Origin: an uncultured Bacilli bacterium
Lineage (GTDB): Bacteria; Bacillota_I; Bacilli_A; RF39; UBA660
Direction of reading: 5' to 3'
NCBI GenBank assembly: GCA_910583945.1
Contig: CAJTYF010000003.1
Span: forward strand, 3,466-67,465
Length of the DNA stretch: 64,000 nucleotides
The notes under the pieces were generated by a model that made no database searches, was not told the origin of the DNA, and saw only the letters and a program-made list of their open reading frames with translations. Shown here in pieces: positions 29,476-39,410 of this stretch. Positions within the stretch are counted from its first letter, which is position 1, and each line of letters starts with the position of its first letter. A program made the position numbers and the translations under genes.

Positions 29476-30867
29476 TTATGTGTTTAAAGTATAAGTTGTT
29501 CCTTCTCTTGTATCTTTTAATAAAATTCCTTTTTCTAACAATTCTTTTCGGATATTATCGGCTAGAGTGTAATCTTTGTTTTCTTTTGCGATGGCTCTTT
29601 CTTTTATTTTCTGTTCAATATAATTGGTATCAATATTCTTATCACTTTCATTAGAAATTAAATTTAAAGATAAGACTTCGTCCCATGATTGGATTAAAGT
29701 TTTCTTAGTTTTATCGTTTACTTCACTTTTTAACAATTCGTAAATAAGCGTAATCCCGTTTGAAGTATTTAGATCCTCACTAAGACAATTTTTAAAGGCT
29801 TCATTGTATTTATTATAATTTTTTTCATCAAATTCTCCTTCATTATTTAAATTTTTAATTTTATTTTTTAGTTTTAAATACGCATTGGTTGCGTTATCTA
29901 GGGCTTCATAAGAAAAGATTAATACTTTACGATACGATGTATTTAAACACATAAAGCGATAAGCTAAGGGATCATATCCTTTTTCTTTAATTAGAGAAAG
30001 GGTTAAAAATTCACCTTTGGATTTAGACATTTTTCCTGTTTCGTCGTTTAAGTGTTCTCCATGCACCCAGTAATTGCACCATTTATGACCTAAATAGGCT
30101 TCACTTTGAGCAATTTCGTTGGTGTGATGAGGAAAGATGTTGTCTACTCCACCACAATGTATGTCTAAATATTCACCTAAATATTTCAAGCTAATTCCTG
30201 AACATTCTATATGCCAACCAGGATAGCCTACTCCCCAAGGAGAGTTCCATTTTAAAGCTTGTTCTTCAAACTTTGATTGGGTAAACCATAAGACAAAATC
30301 GCTTTGATTTTTTTTATTGCCGTCTTCTTCTACTCCTTCACGCACTCCGATTACCATTTCATCGACTTTATGATTGGTTAACTTATAATAATCGGTAAGT
30401 TTTGACGTATCAAAGTAAACATTTCCACCACTTTGGTAGGCATAGCCTTTTTTTAATAGTTCAGTAATGATTTTAATGTATTCGTCTATGTTGTCTGTTG
30501 CTTTGGAAACGATCTTAGGCCATTTTATATTTAAGTCTTCGGTATCTTTTTTAAAGGCTTCAGTATAAAATTCAGCTATTTCTAAAACAGACTTGTGTTC
30601 TCTTTTTGCTCCTTTAAGCATTTTATCGTCTCCGGAATCCGAATCACTTGTTAAATGCCCCACATCCGTGATGTTCATTACTCTTTTTACTTCATAGCCT
30701 AAGTAGTTTAAAGTCTTCTCTAAAATATCTTCAAAAATGTAACTTCTCAAGTTTCCGATATGAGCAAAATGGTAAACCGTTGGACCACAGGTATACATTT
30801 TTACTTTTCCTTCTTCACGAGGTATAAAATCTTCAACGGTTTTGTTTAATGTATTGTATATTTTCAT
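29476..30867 (-). CDS. cysS: Cysteinyl-tRNA synthetase
   Basis: HIGH motif (HFAHIGNLRSY), KMSKS, and a zinc-binding Cys. Confidence 0.95.
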   Translation of the reverse strand: MKIYNTLNKTVEDFIPREEGKVKMYTCGPTVYHFAHIGNLRSYIFEDILEKTLNYLGYEVKRVMNITDVGHLTSDSDSGDDKMLKGAKREHKSVLEIAEFYTEAFKKDTEDLNIKWPKIVSKATDNIDEYIKIITELLKKGYAYQSGGNVYFDTSKLTDYYKLTNHKVDEMVIGVREGVEEDGNKKNQSDFVLWFTQSKFEEQALKWNSPWGVGYPGWHIECSGISLKYLGEYLDIHCGGVDNIFPHHTNEIAQSEAYLGHKWCNYWVHGEHLNDETGKMSKSKGEFLTLSLIKEKGYDPLAYRFMCLNTSYRKVLIFSYEALDNATNAYLKLKNKIKNLNNEGEFDEKNYNKYNEAFKNCLSEDLNTSNGITLIYELLKSEVNDKTKKTLIQSWDEVLSLNLISNESDKNIDTNYIEQKIKERAIAKENKDYTLADNIRKELLEKGILLKDTREGTTYTLNT

Positions 30868-30878
30868 AAATTTCCTTT

Positions 30879-32318
30879 CTAATACATTCCTATGCTGTTT
30901 TGTAATCTTTTAATAATTGTTTGTTGTCCTAAAAGAAATAAAATTTTGCTTAATTCTCTTCCATAATTTAAACCCGTCACGACTATTCTTATTGGCATGT
31001 ACGTTTTTTCTTTTGTGCTATTTGTTTTTGTTTCCACTCTTTTTAGTATTTCTTCTATATTTTGAAGGTTCCAATCAAAACAATTTTCAATTTCTTCTTT
31101 AAACGTCTTTAAAACACTAGGAATTATTTCATCACTTCTTAGATAATTTATACATTTTTTATCTAAAATGATTGTTTCACGAAAAAATAAATTAGAAACT
31201 AAAGCAATTTCACTTCCAAAGTGAAGGTGATGTTTAAATAATAAAAGTAAGTTGTTGATCCATTCTTCTGTTTTATCTTTTAAATTATAGACATTTTCTA
31301 GGTAAGGACGCGTAAAATTTATATAATCTTGATCGTTCATCATAGAAATATAATGTTTATTGTACCACTCTAATTTTTTCAAATCGTAACAACAAGGTCT
31401 TTTAGTTATTTTACTGATATCAAATTCTCTTATTAGTTCTTCAATGGTAAAAAACTCTTGATTGTTTTTAGGATTCCATCCTAAGAAAGCTATATAATTA
31501 ATAATGGCGCTAGGTAAAAAGCCTTGATTCAATAAATCTATTAAATCGTCTTCTTTGTTTCTTTTTTCTAAGGTTCCTTTTTCTTTTGTTTTCACTAAGG
31601 GAAGGTGAACAAATTCTGGTCGTGGGAAGTTTAGGGCATCATATAAAAGAAGATATTTTGGCATACTGGATAAATATTCGCACCCTCTTGTTACATGAGT
31701 TATGTCCATTAAGCAATCGTCTATTACATTGGCAAAGTTATAGGTTGGAAAACCATCACTTTTTATTAAAATTTGATCTTCTAAAGTATTGTTATCAAAG
31801 GTTATGTCTCCATAAACTAAATCGCGAAAACTGGTCTGACCTGTTTTAGGCATCTTTTGTCTAATCGTATAACTTTCTCCCGCTAACACACGATTTTTTG
31901 CTTCTTCAATTCCAATAATTCGACAGGGGTCTTCATAAAGAAAGTTTTGTTTTTCTTCACTCGCTTTCATTCTTTGGGTATTTAATGTTTTTTTATCACA
32001 GAAACAGTAATAAGCCTCACCTTTTTTTAATAATTTTTCGGCGTAAGATTTATAAATATCTAAACGTTTACTTTGAATATATTCTGTAGAGCCTATTTCT
32101 TTATTTGGACCTTCATCATAAGTTAATTGAAAAGTATTCAATAAATTATAAATTCGTTCTTCTGCTCCAATCATTGTTTTTGATTTATCGGTGTCTTCAA
32201 TTCTTAAAATAAACTCTCCTTCATCATGTTTGGCAATTAAATAAGCAAATAAAGCACTTCTTAAATTTCCAATGTGTAAATAACCTGTAGGACTAGGAGC
32301 AAAGCGGGTTTTTGTCAT
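30879..32318 (-). CDS. gltX: Glutamyl-tRNA synthetase
   Basis: RFAPSPTGYLHIGNLRSALF class-I HIGH region. Confidence 0.95.
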   Translation of the reverse strand: MTKTRFAPSPTGYLHIGNLRSALFAYLIAKHDEGEFILRIEDTDKSKTMIGAEERIYNLLNTFQLTYDEGPNKEIGSTEYIQSKRLDIYKSYAEKLLKKGEAYYCFCDKKTLNTQRMKASEEKQNFLYEDPCRIIGIEEAKNRVLAGESYTIRQKMPKTGQTSFRDLVYGDITFDNNTLEDQILIKSDGFPTYNFANVIDDCLMDITHVTRGCEYLSSMPKYLLLYDALNFPRPEFVHLPLVKTKEKGTLEKRNKEDDLIDLLNQGFLPSAIINYIAFLGWNPKNNQEFFTIEELIREFDISKITKRPCCYDLKKLEWYNKHYISMMNDQDYINFTRPYLENVYNLKDKTEEWINNLLLLFKHHLHFGSEIALVSNLFFRETIILDKKCINYLRSDEIIPSVLKTFKEEIENCFDWNLQNIEEILKRVETKTNSTKEKTYMPIRIVVTGLNYGRELSKILFLLGQQTIIKRLQNSIGMY

Positions 32319-32390
32319 AGGATTTATCCTTTCTTTTGTTTTCTGACTATTTAAATTATATCACAATTTTCTTTTGCTTACATTACTTTT

Positions 32391-32426
32391 GTTAAAGTAA
32401 AAGAGCCTAGAAAGCGTTCTAGACTC
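32391..32426 (-). terminator. Rho-independent terminator downstream of clpC
   Basis: GAGTCTAGAA-cgct-TTCTAGGCTC is followed by TTTTACTTT on the minus strand. Confidence 0.6.
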
Positions 32427-32520
32427 TATTTGAAAATTATTTATGCTTTGACCATAAATAAGAAGATGTAATAATAACAAATTGCAATTCTCATTTATTA
32501 CTTTTTAATCATAACATGTT

Positions 32521-34677
32521 TTAAAGAGTAATTTCAATATCTAATTCATGATTGTATTTTTGGATAATGGCTTTTAGGTTACGAAGCCCGTATTTATCGC
32601 AATCCGCCTCATTTTTTATTTTTTCAAAGTTTACTTTTTTATTTGTCAAATGAGTATCAACATATTTTTTTAAAATTTCTTCTCTTAAGGTATCATAGGT
32701 AACAATGTCAGTAAATCTTCCCAAAAATTCTTTGCTAAAATTTTCAACTAAATTGTTATTTTCTACGTTAGTAAACCCTACATATTTATGGTTGGTTACA
32801 TTACTTGTCATAAAAATCATGGTGTGGGAAAAGTCTATTTTTTCATTATTGGCATTGGTTATAAATCCTTCATCTAAAATTTGAAGAAAAAGGTTTAGAA
32901 CACTTGGATGTGCTTTTTCAATTTCATCGACAAGAATTACAGAGTAAGGATTATCTAAAACACTTCTAAATAAATATTGATCATTGTAGCCCACAAAACC
33001 CGCACTTACTCCAATCAATTTATTTACTGAGCCTTCTAAGTTGTATTCGCTCATGTCAAGACGAATAAAGTTACTTTTTTTGATGCTTTTTGCGATGGTT
33101 TTAACGGTTTCTGTTTTTCCAACTCCACTAGGACCTGCTAGTAAAATAGCTAATGGTTTCTCTTCCCCATTTAATTTTATCCAGATGTTTTTAAGTAACT
33201 TATTTATTGCTTTTTCTTGACCCACTATTTTTTTCTCTAAATTGCTTTTTATTGATTTAAATATTTCTTTTTTGTTTTCTACTAATGGAATATTCGATTT
33301 TTGTTCTAAGGTTTCGATAATATCTTGATAGGTAATTCGGCTTGCGTTATGCATCATTGTTGCTTGAATTTCTTTTTTCTTTTGATTTTCTTTTTCTTTA
33401 CAAAGTGTTGCTTGTTCGTAATCGTCTTTATAAATATACTCTTTTTTTTGTTTTTTTATTTCTTCTAATTCTTGATTTAATTGATCTAATTTTTCAAAAT
33501 GAATATTTTTAACTTTTTTGCTTGCACATATCATATCTAATAAATCAATAGATTTATCAGGATTACTTTTATTTTTTATATATTTATCTGCTAAATCAAC
33601 AATGTCGTCGATGTTTTCGTTTGATATGGTTAAATGATGATGATTTTCATATTCTTTTTTTATTTTTTTTAATATATTTTTTGTTTTTTCTAAAGAAGGT
33701 TCTTCTACTTGTATTAAATAAAATCTTCTTTCTAAGGCTTTGTCTTTGTAAATGGTTTTATAATATTCATCTGTAGTTGTTGCTCCAATACATTTAATAT
33801 CTCCTCTAGCTAAATAAGGTTTTAATATATCTGCGGCATTAATGGCACCTTCTGCTCCTCCAGCATTAATCATGGTATGAATTTCATCTATAAAAAGAAT
33901 AATATTTTTATTTTCTTTTACTTCTTTTATTATTTTATTTAATCTTTCTTCAAATTCTCCACGATATTTTGTTCCAGCTACTAAAGCTCCCATTTCTAAC
34001 ATAACAATTGTTTTGTTTTCTAATTCAGTGGGGACAATATTGTTATTAATTCTTCTAGCTAATTCTTCTACTATCGCTGTTTTACCAACACCTGCTTTTC
34101 CAATAAGAAGAGGATTACTTTTTTTCTTACGGAGTAAAGCTTCGATTACAAGTGCTATTTCTTCTTCTCTTCCCACAACACGTTCAGAATTCGATACATT
34201 TTTATTAAGATTATTTCCTATTTCCATAAGTTCTAATTTATTTTTAGAATTTTTTACTAAGCTCATTTTAAATTCTTCATATAAAGCATCCAAATCAATC
34301 TCTAATCCAATCATAATTCTTATGGCAATTCCTTCTCCTTCTTCTAAAAGAGCTAAAAATAAATGTCTTTCAGTGACTTCTCCATTATTATTATCTATTG
34401 CGTCTTCTGTTGCAGTTTCAATGATTCTTCTTAATAAGGGCGTATACAAATTTAATTCACTTTCTTTACTGGATTCTCCAACTATACTCACTAATTCATT
34501 TTTAAATAATTCAAAGGTTAAATCATATATTTTTAATTTTTTACTTACTTCATTTTCATGATTTAAAAGAGCTAGCATTAAGTGTTCTGTTCCTACGTAA
34601 GGGTGTTTTAAGCTTTTACGAAAGTTTTCTGCTTCTTTAAAAATTTCTGCTATTTGTAATCCATAATTATCAAACAT
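32521..34677 (-). CDS. clpC: ClpC-like AAA+ ATPase (Clp_N domain plus two AAA modules)
   Basis: An N-terminal Clp_N repeat and two Walker A sites (GKAGVGKT, GPSGVGKT). At 718 aa it is shorter than canonical ClpC. Confidence 0.8.
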   Translation of the reverse strand: MFDNYGLQIAEIFKEAENFRKSLKHPYVGTEHLMLALLNHENEVSKKLKIYDLTFELFKNELVSIVGESSKESELNLYTPLLRRIIETATEDAIDNNNGEVTERHLFLALLEEGEGIAIRIMIGLEIDLDALYEEFKMSLVKNSKNKLELMEIGNNLNKNVSNSERVVGREEEIALVIEALLRKKKSNPLLIGKAGVGKTAIVEELARRINNNIVPTELENKTIVMLEMGALVAGTKYRGEFEERLNKIIKEVKENKNIILFIDEIHTMINAGGAEGAINAADILKPYLARGDIKCIGATTTDEYYKTIYKDKALERRFYLIQVEEPSLEKTKNILKKIKKEYENHHHLTISNENIDDIVDLADKYIKNKSNPDKSIDLLDMICASKKVKNIHFEKLDQLNQELEEIKKQKKEYIYKDDYEQATLCKEKENQKKKEIQATMMHNASRITYQDIIETLEQKSNIPLVENKKEIFKSIKSNLEKKIVGQEKAINKLLKNIWIKLNGEEKPLAILLAGPSGVGKTETVKTIAKSIKKSNFIRLDMSEYNLEGSVNKLIGVSAGFVGYNDQYLFRSVLDNPYSVILVDEIEKAHPSVLNLFLQILDEGFITNANNEKIDFSHTMIFMTSNVTNHKYVGFTNVENNNLVENFSKEFLGRFTDIVTYDTLREEILKKYVDTHLTNKKVNFEKIKNEADCDKYGLRNLKAIIQKYNHELDIEITL

Positions 34678-34968
34678 AATATCCTCCTTTTACATTCTAT
34701 GTCTATACTGTTTATTTTATAAGATTTTTATTCAAACGAATAGGCTTATTTTTTATTCTTTTATGCTATAAATTGTAATAAATTTTCCTTTCCATGTTTC
34801 GGATAATAACACAGGAATATAAAGATTACAAATGGCAGATTTTGGTAATTCATCGTACAAATAAAAAAATTATTTAATAGATTTTGATAATTTATTAAAT
34901 AATTGTTTACATTTACTTTTAATTTAGATATAAATCATTTTTATATAGATTTCTTTTTTTGAATAAAT

Positions 34969-36153
34969 CTAATCTATCAAAAATCTTGGACGGATGCCAA
35001 AAACAGTACTTACTGAAGCTTTATTAGAAAAACCTGGTCCAGCATCACCGTAGCCTCCTACATAAGAAAAATGTTCAATAGTTGCAACTCCTTTCAGCCA
35101 ATAACCAAATCTTTTATTTCCATTACTATTAATATATTCAGGTTTGAGTTGAAATATCGCATAGTGCTTATTATCAATTCCTATATCCATAAAACTCGCT
35201 GAGGAAGTAGTTGTTCCATAAACATTTATTTCACTCATCAAATCTATTTTTCTGGTATACCATGCCCAATCATCTGTTGCACCTTTTAACCTTCCTCCAC
35301 TTTGATTTATGACTTCTTTATTAATATGATTAGAAAGTACATTTCTGTATTCAAGAATATGATTTCCAAAAGTTTTTCCTATTATTCCATCTTCTGCTAC
35401 TAAACTCGGTAATGTTTCTGTAGCCATTTTGCTATTAGCATATCCGCCTTCTGTTGTATCTGTATCATTCATTGATGCGTTCATTAAGGGTTTTGCGGGT
35501 ATAATCGTGGCATGATGTTTCGTAAGCGGTGTATCTCCTGTATATAAATAATTATCAATATCTGCGATTAACCATGTCACTTCATTCGCTATGATATAAT
35601 CACCGACATAAATGTCTTCAAAACTTCCGTTTGATATTCGTGTATATAAACTTCCATCATTATAATACTCAGTGATATCTTTTCCTCGATAGGTGTTTCG
35701 ATGTAATGCTTTTCCTGCTTCAATGTATTTATTATATTCTTCTTGTGATAAACCTGAGGTAAAACTTACATTACATTTTGATTCACTGCTTACATTATTT
35801 AATACTAAATTCCAATTGTTATAATCCCATTCCCCAAACGTTCCATTTGTACAGTGCACATTTGTTTTATATAAGCCTCTTTCTGGAATACTTTCGCTTT
35901 TTTTATCATCAATGACGACAGAAAGCATTTTAATATCATAACCAAAATCTGGGATTCTTCCTTTTAATACATTAAAACTTTTCTTTTCTTCATAAAACGC
36001 AAACGTTTTATATAACGTGATACTTCCTATTATTAACAAGATTCCTACTATAGGATAAACCATTTTCTTATTCCTTTTGACTCCAGTAAACCTTTTTAGT
36101 TGGTTATTAGTTTCTAATAACCCCCCCCCCTTCTTAAATTTAATCTTTTTCAT
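34969..36153 (-). CDS. Surface-protein family copy 2: type-II membrane-anchored protein of unknown function; intact, with the first ATG in frame through a 10-G tract
   Basis: MKKIKFKKGGGLLETNN.. then a signal anchor (VYPIVGILLIIGSITLY). A conserved N-domain and variable C-domain end in GIRPRFLID. It is a paralogue of the genes at 10682, 54912, 62077 and 63355. Confidence 0.7.
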   Translation of the reverse strand: MKKIKFKKGGGLLETNNQLKRFTGVKRNKKMVYPIVGILLIIGSITLYKTFAFYEEKKSFNVLKGRIPDFGYDIKMLSVVIDDKKSESIPERGLYKTNVHCTNGTFGEWDYNNWNLVLNNVSSESKCNVSFTSGLSQEEYNKYIEAGKALHRNTYRGKDITEYYNDGSLYTRISNGSFEDIYVGDYIIANEVTWLIADIDNYLYTGDTPLTKHHATIIPAKPLMNASMNDTDTTEGGYANSKMATETLPSLVAEDGIIGKTFGNHILEYRNVLSNHINKEVINQSGGRLKGATDDWAWYTRKIDLMSEINVYGTTTSSASFMDIGIDNKHYAIFQLKPEYINSNGNKRFGYWLKGVATIEHFSYVGGYGDAGPGFSNKASVSTVFGIRPRFLID

Positions 36154-36235
36154 TTTCTTTTTTCCTTCCTTATTAAATTTATTTCATAACCAAACAAAGT
36201 CTTTTACCTTATTTGTAATTCAATTATATCCACAC
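36060..36235 (-). repeat. Conserved leader cassette copy B
   Basis: Near-identical to the leaders at 11800, 56000 and 63130. Confidence 0.8.
36121..36130 (-). repeat. Homopolymeric G10 tract (C10 on the plus strand) in the 5' coding region of copy 2
   Basis: Read directly. It encodes GGG and sets the frame between ATG1 and the body. Confidence 0.9.
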
Positions 36236-36251
36236 CAGCATAATTTATCAA
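36223..36251 (-). promoter_or_regulatory. Promoter of copy 2 (TTGATA-17-TATAAT)
   Basis: It is conserved with the other copies, even though the sequence further upstream diverges. Confidence 0.45.
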
Positions 36252-36413
36252 CATTAAAATAAAACTATTTACATAATCAATGCTATCTTTAGTTTATCAA
36301 TAATAATTTAAAAATTTTGTCATATTAAATTGTTTTCTTTTCATTATGAAATTCTTAATCGCATAATTAGACAATTTTAAAAGGATACATTTTTTGTTTA
36401 TGAGAGAATTGTT

Positions 36414-36620
36414 TTGGTGATAAATTTGATAAATATTGGTGAGCGTATTCGTTTTATAAGAGAAACTTATGACTTAAGTCAAAAAGAATTGGCATCAATA
36501 TTTGGTATTGAAAAGTCTTCTATTTCACATTTTGAAAAAAATGATCGGATTATTCCTATTGAACATTTGATTAGTTTAAGTGATTATTTAAACTTATCTA
36601 TTGACTATGTTCTAGCTTAA
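36414..36620 (+). CDS. XRE-family helix-turn-helix transcriptional regulator (small)
   Basis: IGERIRFIRETYDLSQKELASIFGIEKSSISHFE...LSIDYVL is an HTH_3 pattern. The start may be TTG at 36414 or 36426. Confidence 0.55.
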   Translation: MVINLINIGERIRFIRETYDLSQKELASIFGIEKSSISHFEKNDRIIPIEHLISLSDYLNLSIDYVLA

Positions 36621-36670
36621 CTGAAATAAAAAAATATAAGGACCTAGATTCTGGCGTTGATTTAAAAAAA

Positions 36671-36898
36671 ATGGCAGAAAGTGTAAAAAATATTTGCCGA
36701 ACCAATCATTTAACTAATTTAGCTTTAGCAACGATTATTCATTCTTGCGAATCAAATATAAGAAACTATAAAAATGGAAAATACCTTATTTTAATAACAT
36801 TTCTTATAGAACTTCATTTAAAATTCAATTATTCTATCGATTGGATTCTAGGAAAAACCTCTAATAAGTATATTACAAAGAAATTAATTGAAGTTTAA
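36671..36898 (+). CDS. Second small XRE-like HTH protein
   Basis: LTNLALATIIHSCESNIRNYKNGK...SIDWILGKT is an XRE-like C-terminal motif. Confidence 0.45.
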   Translation: MAESVKNICRTNHLTNLALATIIHSCESNIRNYKNGKYLILITFLIELHLKFNYSIDWILGKTSNKYITKKLIEV

Positions 36899-36927
36899 TT
36901 TCTTTTTTCAACAAAAAAAATTAGTTT

Positions 36928-37269
36928 TTAAACTAATTCTAATTTTACTTCTAAGGCATCGTCGCCTTTTCTTTCTTTTAATTTAATAATTCTAGTGTAC
37001 CCACCATTACGAGTTTCGTAACGTGTTGCTAGTTCATTAAAAACTTTATCAACACATTCTTTATTGTTATAAACAAAAGCAAGTGCTTTTCTACGAGAAA
37101 CTAGTGTTCCACGTTTTCCATAAGTTATTAAACGATCTACAAATTTTCTAACTTCTTTTGCTTTTTCTTCTGTAGTAATAATACTTTCATGAATAATTAC
37201 GTCTGCTGCTTGTCCGGCAAATACACTATGTCTTTGTCTTGTTTCTCTACCAATTTTTCTATACGCCAT
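36928..37269 (-). CDS. rplQ: 50S ribosomal protein L17
   Basis: MAYRKIGRETRQRHS..; last gene of the alpha operon. Confidence 0.9.
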   Translation of the reverse strand: MAYRKIGRETRQRHSVFAGQAADVIIHESIITTEEKAKEVRKFVDRLITYGKRGTLVSRRKALAFVYNNKECVDKVFNELATRYETRNGGYTRIIKLKERKGDDALEVKLELV

Positions 37270-37280
37270 AATAATCCTCC

Positions 37281-38225
37281 TTAATCTCGAAATTTAAGTC
37301 CCATTTCAACAACTTTATCTAAGACTTCTTTTAATGATTTTTTCCCTAAGTTACGTATTTTTGTAACTTCAACTTCTCTTTTTGAAATTAAATCTTGAAC
37401 CGTATGAATACCAGCTCTTTTTAAACAGTTATATGCTCTAACTGAAAATTCGATTTCTTCAATTGGTGTTTCTAATGTTTTCGTTATGGTATCTACTTTT
37501 TTCTCTGCCATTAATCCTGAAATATCACTTATCGCATTTAAATCTGCTACAATATTAAAATGTTCAATTAAAATTTTTGCTGATAATGCCATACATTCTT
37601 CTGGAGTAATGCTTCCATTTGTATTAATACGCATAATCAGTTTATCATAATTTTCATTATGACCTACACGCGCATTTTCGACTTCGTATGCTACTTTTTC
37701 TACGGGTGAATATAAAGAATCGATTGCTATGACTCCAACTTTTTTGGTGTCTAATTTTGTTTGATTTTCTTTAGCGTCTACGTAGCCTTTTCCATTTGAT
37801 ACGGTCATTTCCATATTAATTTTTCCACCCTCGACTAGATTACAAATTATTAACTCTTTATTTATAACTTCTAAATCGGGGTCACATTCTATATCTCCAG
37901 CAGTGACTGGTCCTGGTGTTGATTTATTTATATGAATCACTTTATCTTCTTCAGTATGATTTTTAAGTACCACACTCTTTAAATTTAAGATAATACTAGT
38001 CACATCTTCATAAACGCCTTCTATTTTTTGAAATTCATGTAATACGCCATCTATTTTTACGCTAGTAATGGCACATCCTGGTAAACTGGATAACATGACA
38101 CGTCTTAAAGCGTTTCCTATTGTTGTTCCGAATCCTCTTTCTAATGGTTCTAATTCAAATGTTGCATAATGAGAATCGGAAGCATATTCTGTTATTTTGT
38201 ATTCTGGTTTTTCAAATTTAATCAT
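37281..38225 (-). CDS. rpoA: DNA-directed RNA polymerase alpha subunit
   Basis: 314 aa with N-terminal dimerisation and alpha-CTD motifs; sits between rpsK and rplQ. Confidence 0.95.
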   Translation of the reverse strand: MIKFEKPEYKITEYASDSHYATFELEPLERGFGTTIGNALRRVMLSSLPGCAITSVKIDGVLHEFQKIEGVYEDVTSIILNLKSVVLKNHTEEDKVIHINKSTPGPVTAGDIECDPDLEVINKELIICNLVEGGKINMEMTVSNGKGYVDAKENQTKLDTKKVGVIAIDSLYSPVEKVAYEVENARVGHNENYDKLIMRINTNGSITPEECMALSAKILIEHFNIVADLNAISDISGLMAEKKVDTITKTLETPIEEIEFSVRAYNCLKRAGIHTVQDLISKREVEVTKIRNLGKKSLKEVLDKVVEMGLKFRD

Positions 38226-38246
38226 ATTATTTCTCCCTTTCGATCA

Positions 38247-38630
38247 TTAATTTCTAGGACGTTTTGGTGGTCTACATCCATTGTGAGGTACTGGTGTGTC
38301 ATCAATGATACTTGTTACTTCAATACCAGCTCCTTGAATAGAACGAATTGCATTTTCTCTACCAGATCCTAAACCTTTAACGTGTACTTCAACTTTTTTT
38401 ACCCCCGCATCAGCAGCAGCTTTTGCACAAGCCTCAGCACTCATTCCAGCAGCATAAGGTGTTTTCTTTTTGCTTCCCTTATAACCGATTGTTCCCGCAG
38501 ATGCCCAAGTAATGACATTCCCATTTTTTTCTGAAATGGTTACGATTGTATTATTATAGTTTGAATGAATATGAGCCACTGCTTCAGGAATGTTTTTCTT
38601 AACTTTTCTTTTTCTTCTGTTATATGCCAT
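38247..38630 (-). CDS. rpsK: 30S ribosomal protein S11
   Basis: Sequence and operon position. Confidence 0.95.
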   Translation of the reverse strand: MAYNRRKRKVKKNIPEAVAHIHSNYNNTIVTISEKNGNVITWASAGTIGYKGSKKKTPYAAGMSAEACAKAAADAGVKKVEVHVKGLGSGRENAIRSIQGAGIEVTSIIDDTPVPHNGCRPPKRPRN

Positions 38631-38640
38631 AGTTTACCTC

Positions 38641-39015
38641 CTACTTACCTACTTTTTTCTTATTTGCTACTACTTTACCTTTACCTTTACGAGTACGTGC
38701 ATTTCTACTTGTTCTTTGTCCTCTTACGGGTAAACCTTTTTTATGTCTTATTCCTTGATAGCAATTAATTTCCATTTTATTTTTAATAGACATTTGTACA
38801 TCACGACGAAGATCTCCTTCAACGTCGTATTTATCTACTTCTTTACGAAGAGCTGTGATTTCACTGTCTGTTAAATCTTTAATTTTTTTAGTTGAATCGA
38901 CTTTAGCATCGTTACAGATTGTTAATGCTAAGCTTCTTCCAATTCCATAAATTGCTGTTAATCCAATACATACATGTTTTTCATTTGGTAGTTCAATATT
39001 TTTAATTCTTGCCAT
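38641..39015 (-). CDS. rpsM: 30S ribosomal protein S13
   Basis: [15 protein letters not shown].. Confidence 0.95.
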   Translation of the reverse strand: MARIKNIELPNEKHVCIGLTAIYGIGRSLALTICNDAKVDSTKKIKDLTDSEITALRKEVDKYDVEGDLRRDVQMSIKNKMEINCYQGIRHKKGLPVRGQRTSRNARTRKGKGKVVANKKKVGK

Positions 39016-39024
39016 ATATACCTC

Positions 39025-39141
39025 CTATTTTCCTTGGGTTTGTTTGTGTTTTGGATTTTCACAAATAACCATTACTTTTCCTTTTCTTTTGATTTTTTTA
39101 CATTTTTTACATATTGGTTTTACTGATGGTCTTTTTTTCAT
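39025..39141 (-). CDS. rpmJ: 50S ribosomal protein L36 (not in the ORF track)
   Basis: Own translation gives [38 protein letters not shown], 38 aa, a zinc-ribbon L36. It lies between infA and rpsM. Confidence 0.9.
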   Translation of the reverse strand: MKKRPSVKPICKKCKKIKRKGKVMVICENPKHKQTQGK

Positions 39142-39156
39142 AATTTATACCTCCCA

Positions 39157-39408
39157 TTATCTTTTGTTCCATGTTATACGCCCACGTGTTAAGTCGTAAG
39201 GCGAAAGTTCGATTGTTACTGTATCACCTGGTAGAATACGTATCATATTCACACGCATTTTACCAGAAACGTAGGCTTTTACAGTATGACCATTAGGTAA
39301 TTCTACGATGTAATCGCCGCCTTTTGCAACGTCTACTACTTTACCTTCAACTTCAATTTTTTCTTCTTTTTTTGAAGATTCATTTTTCGTTATATTTTTT
39401 TTCGCCAT
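39157..39408 (-). CDS. infA: Translation initiation factor IF-1
   Basis: ..[31 protein letters not shown].. Confidence 0.95.
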   Translation of the reverse strand: MAKKNITKNESSKKEEKIEVEGKVVDVAKGGDYIVELPNGHTVKAYVSGKMRVNMIRILPGDTVTIELSPYDLTRGRITWNKR

Positions 39409-39410
39409 AT

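Noticed and set aside
34678..34968. Searched upstream of clpC for a CtsR operator (GGTCAAA heptad repeats).
   Set aside because: No GGTCAAA or TTTGACC repeats were found. ctsR, mcsA and mcsB are also absent, so clpC regulation here is not the Bacillus type.
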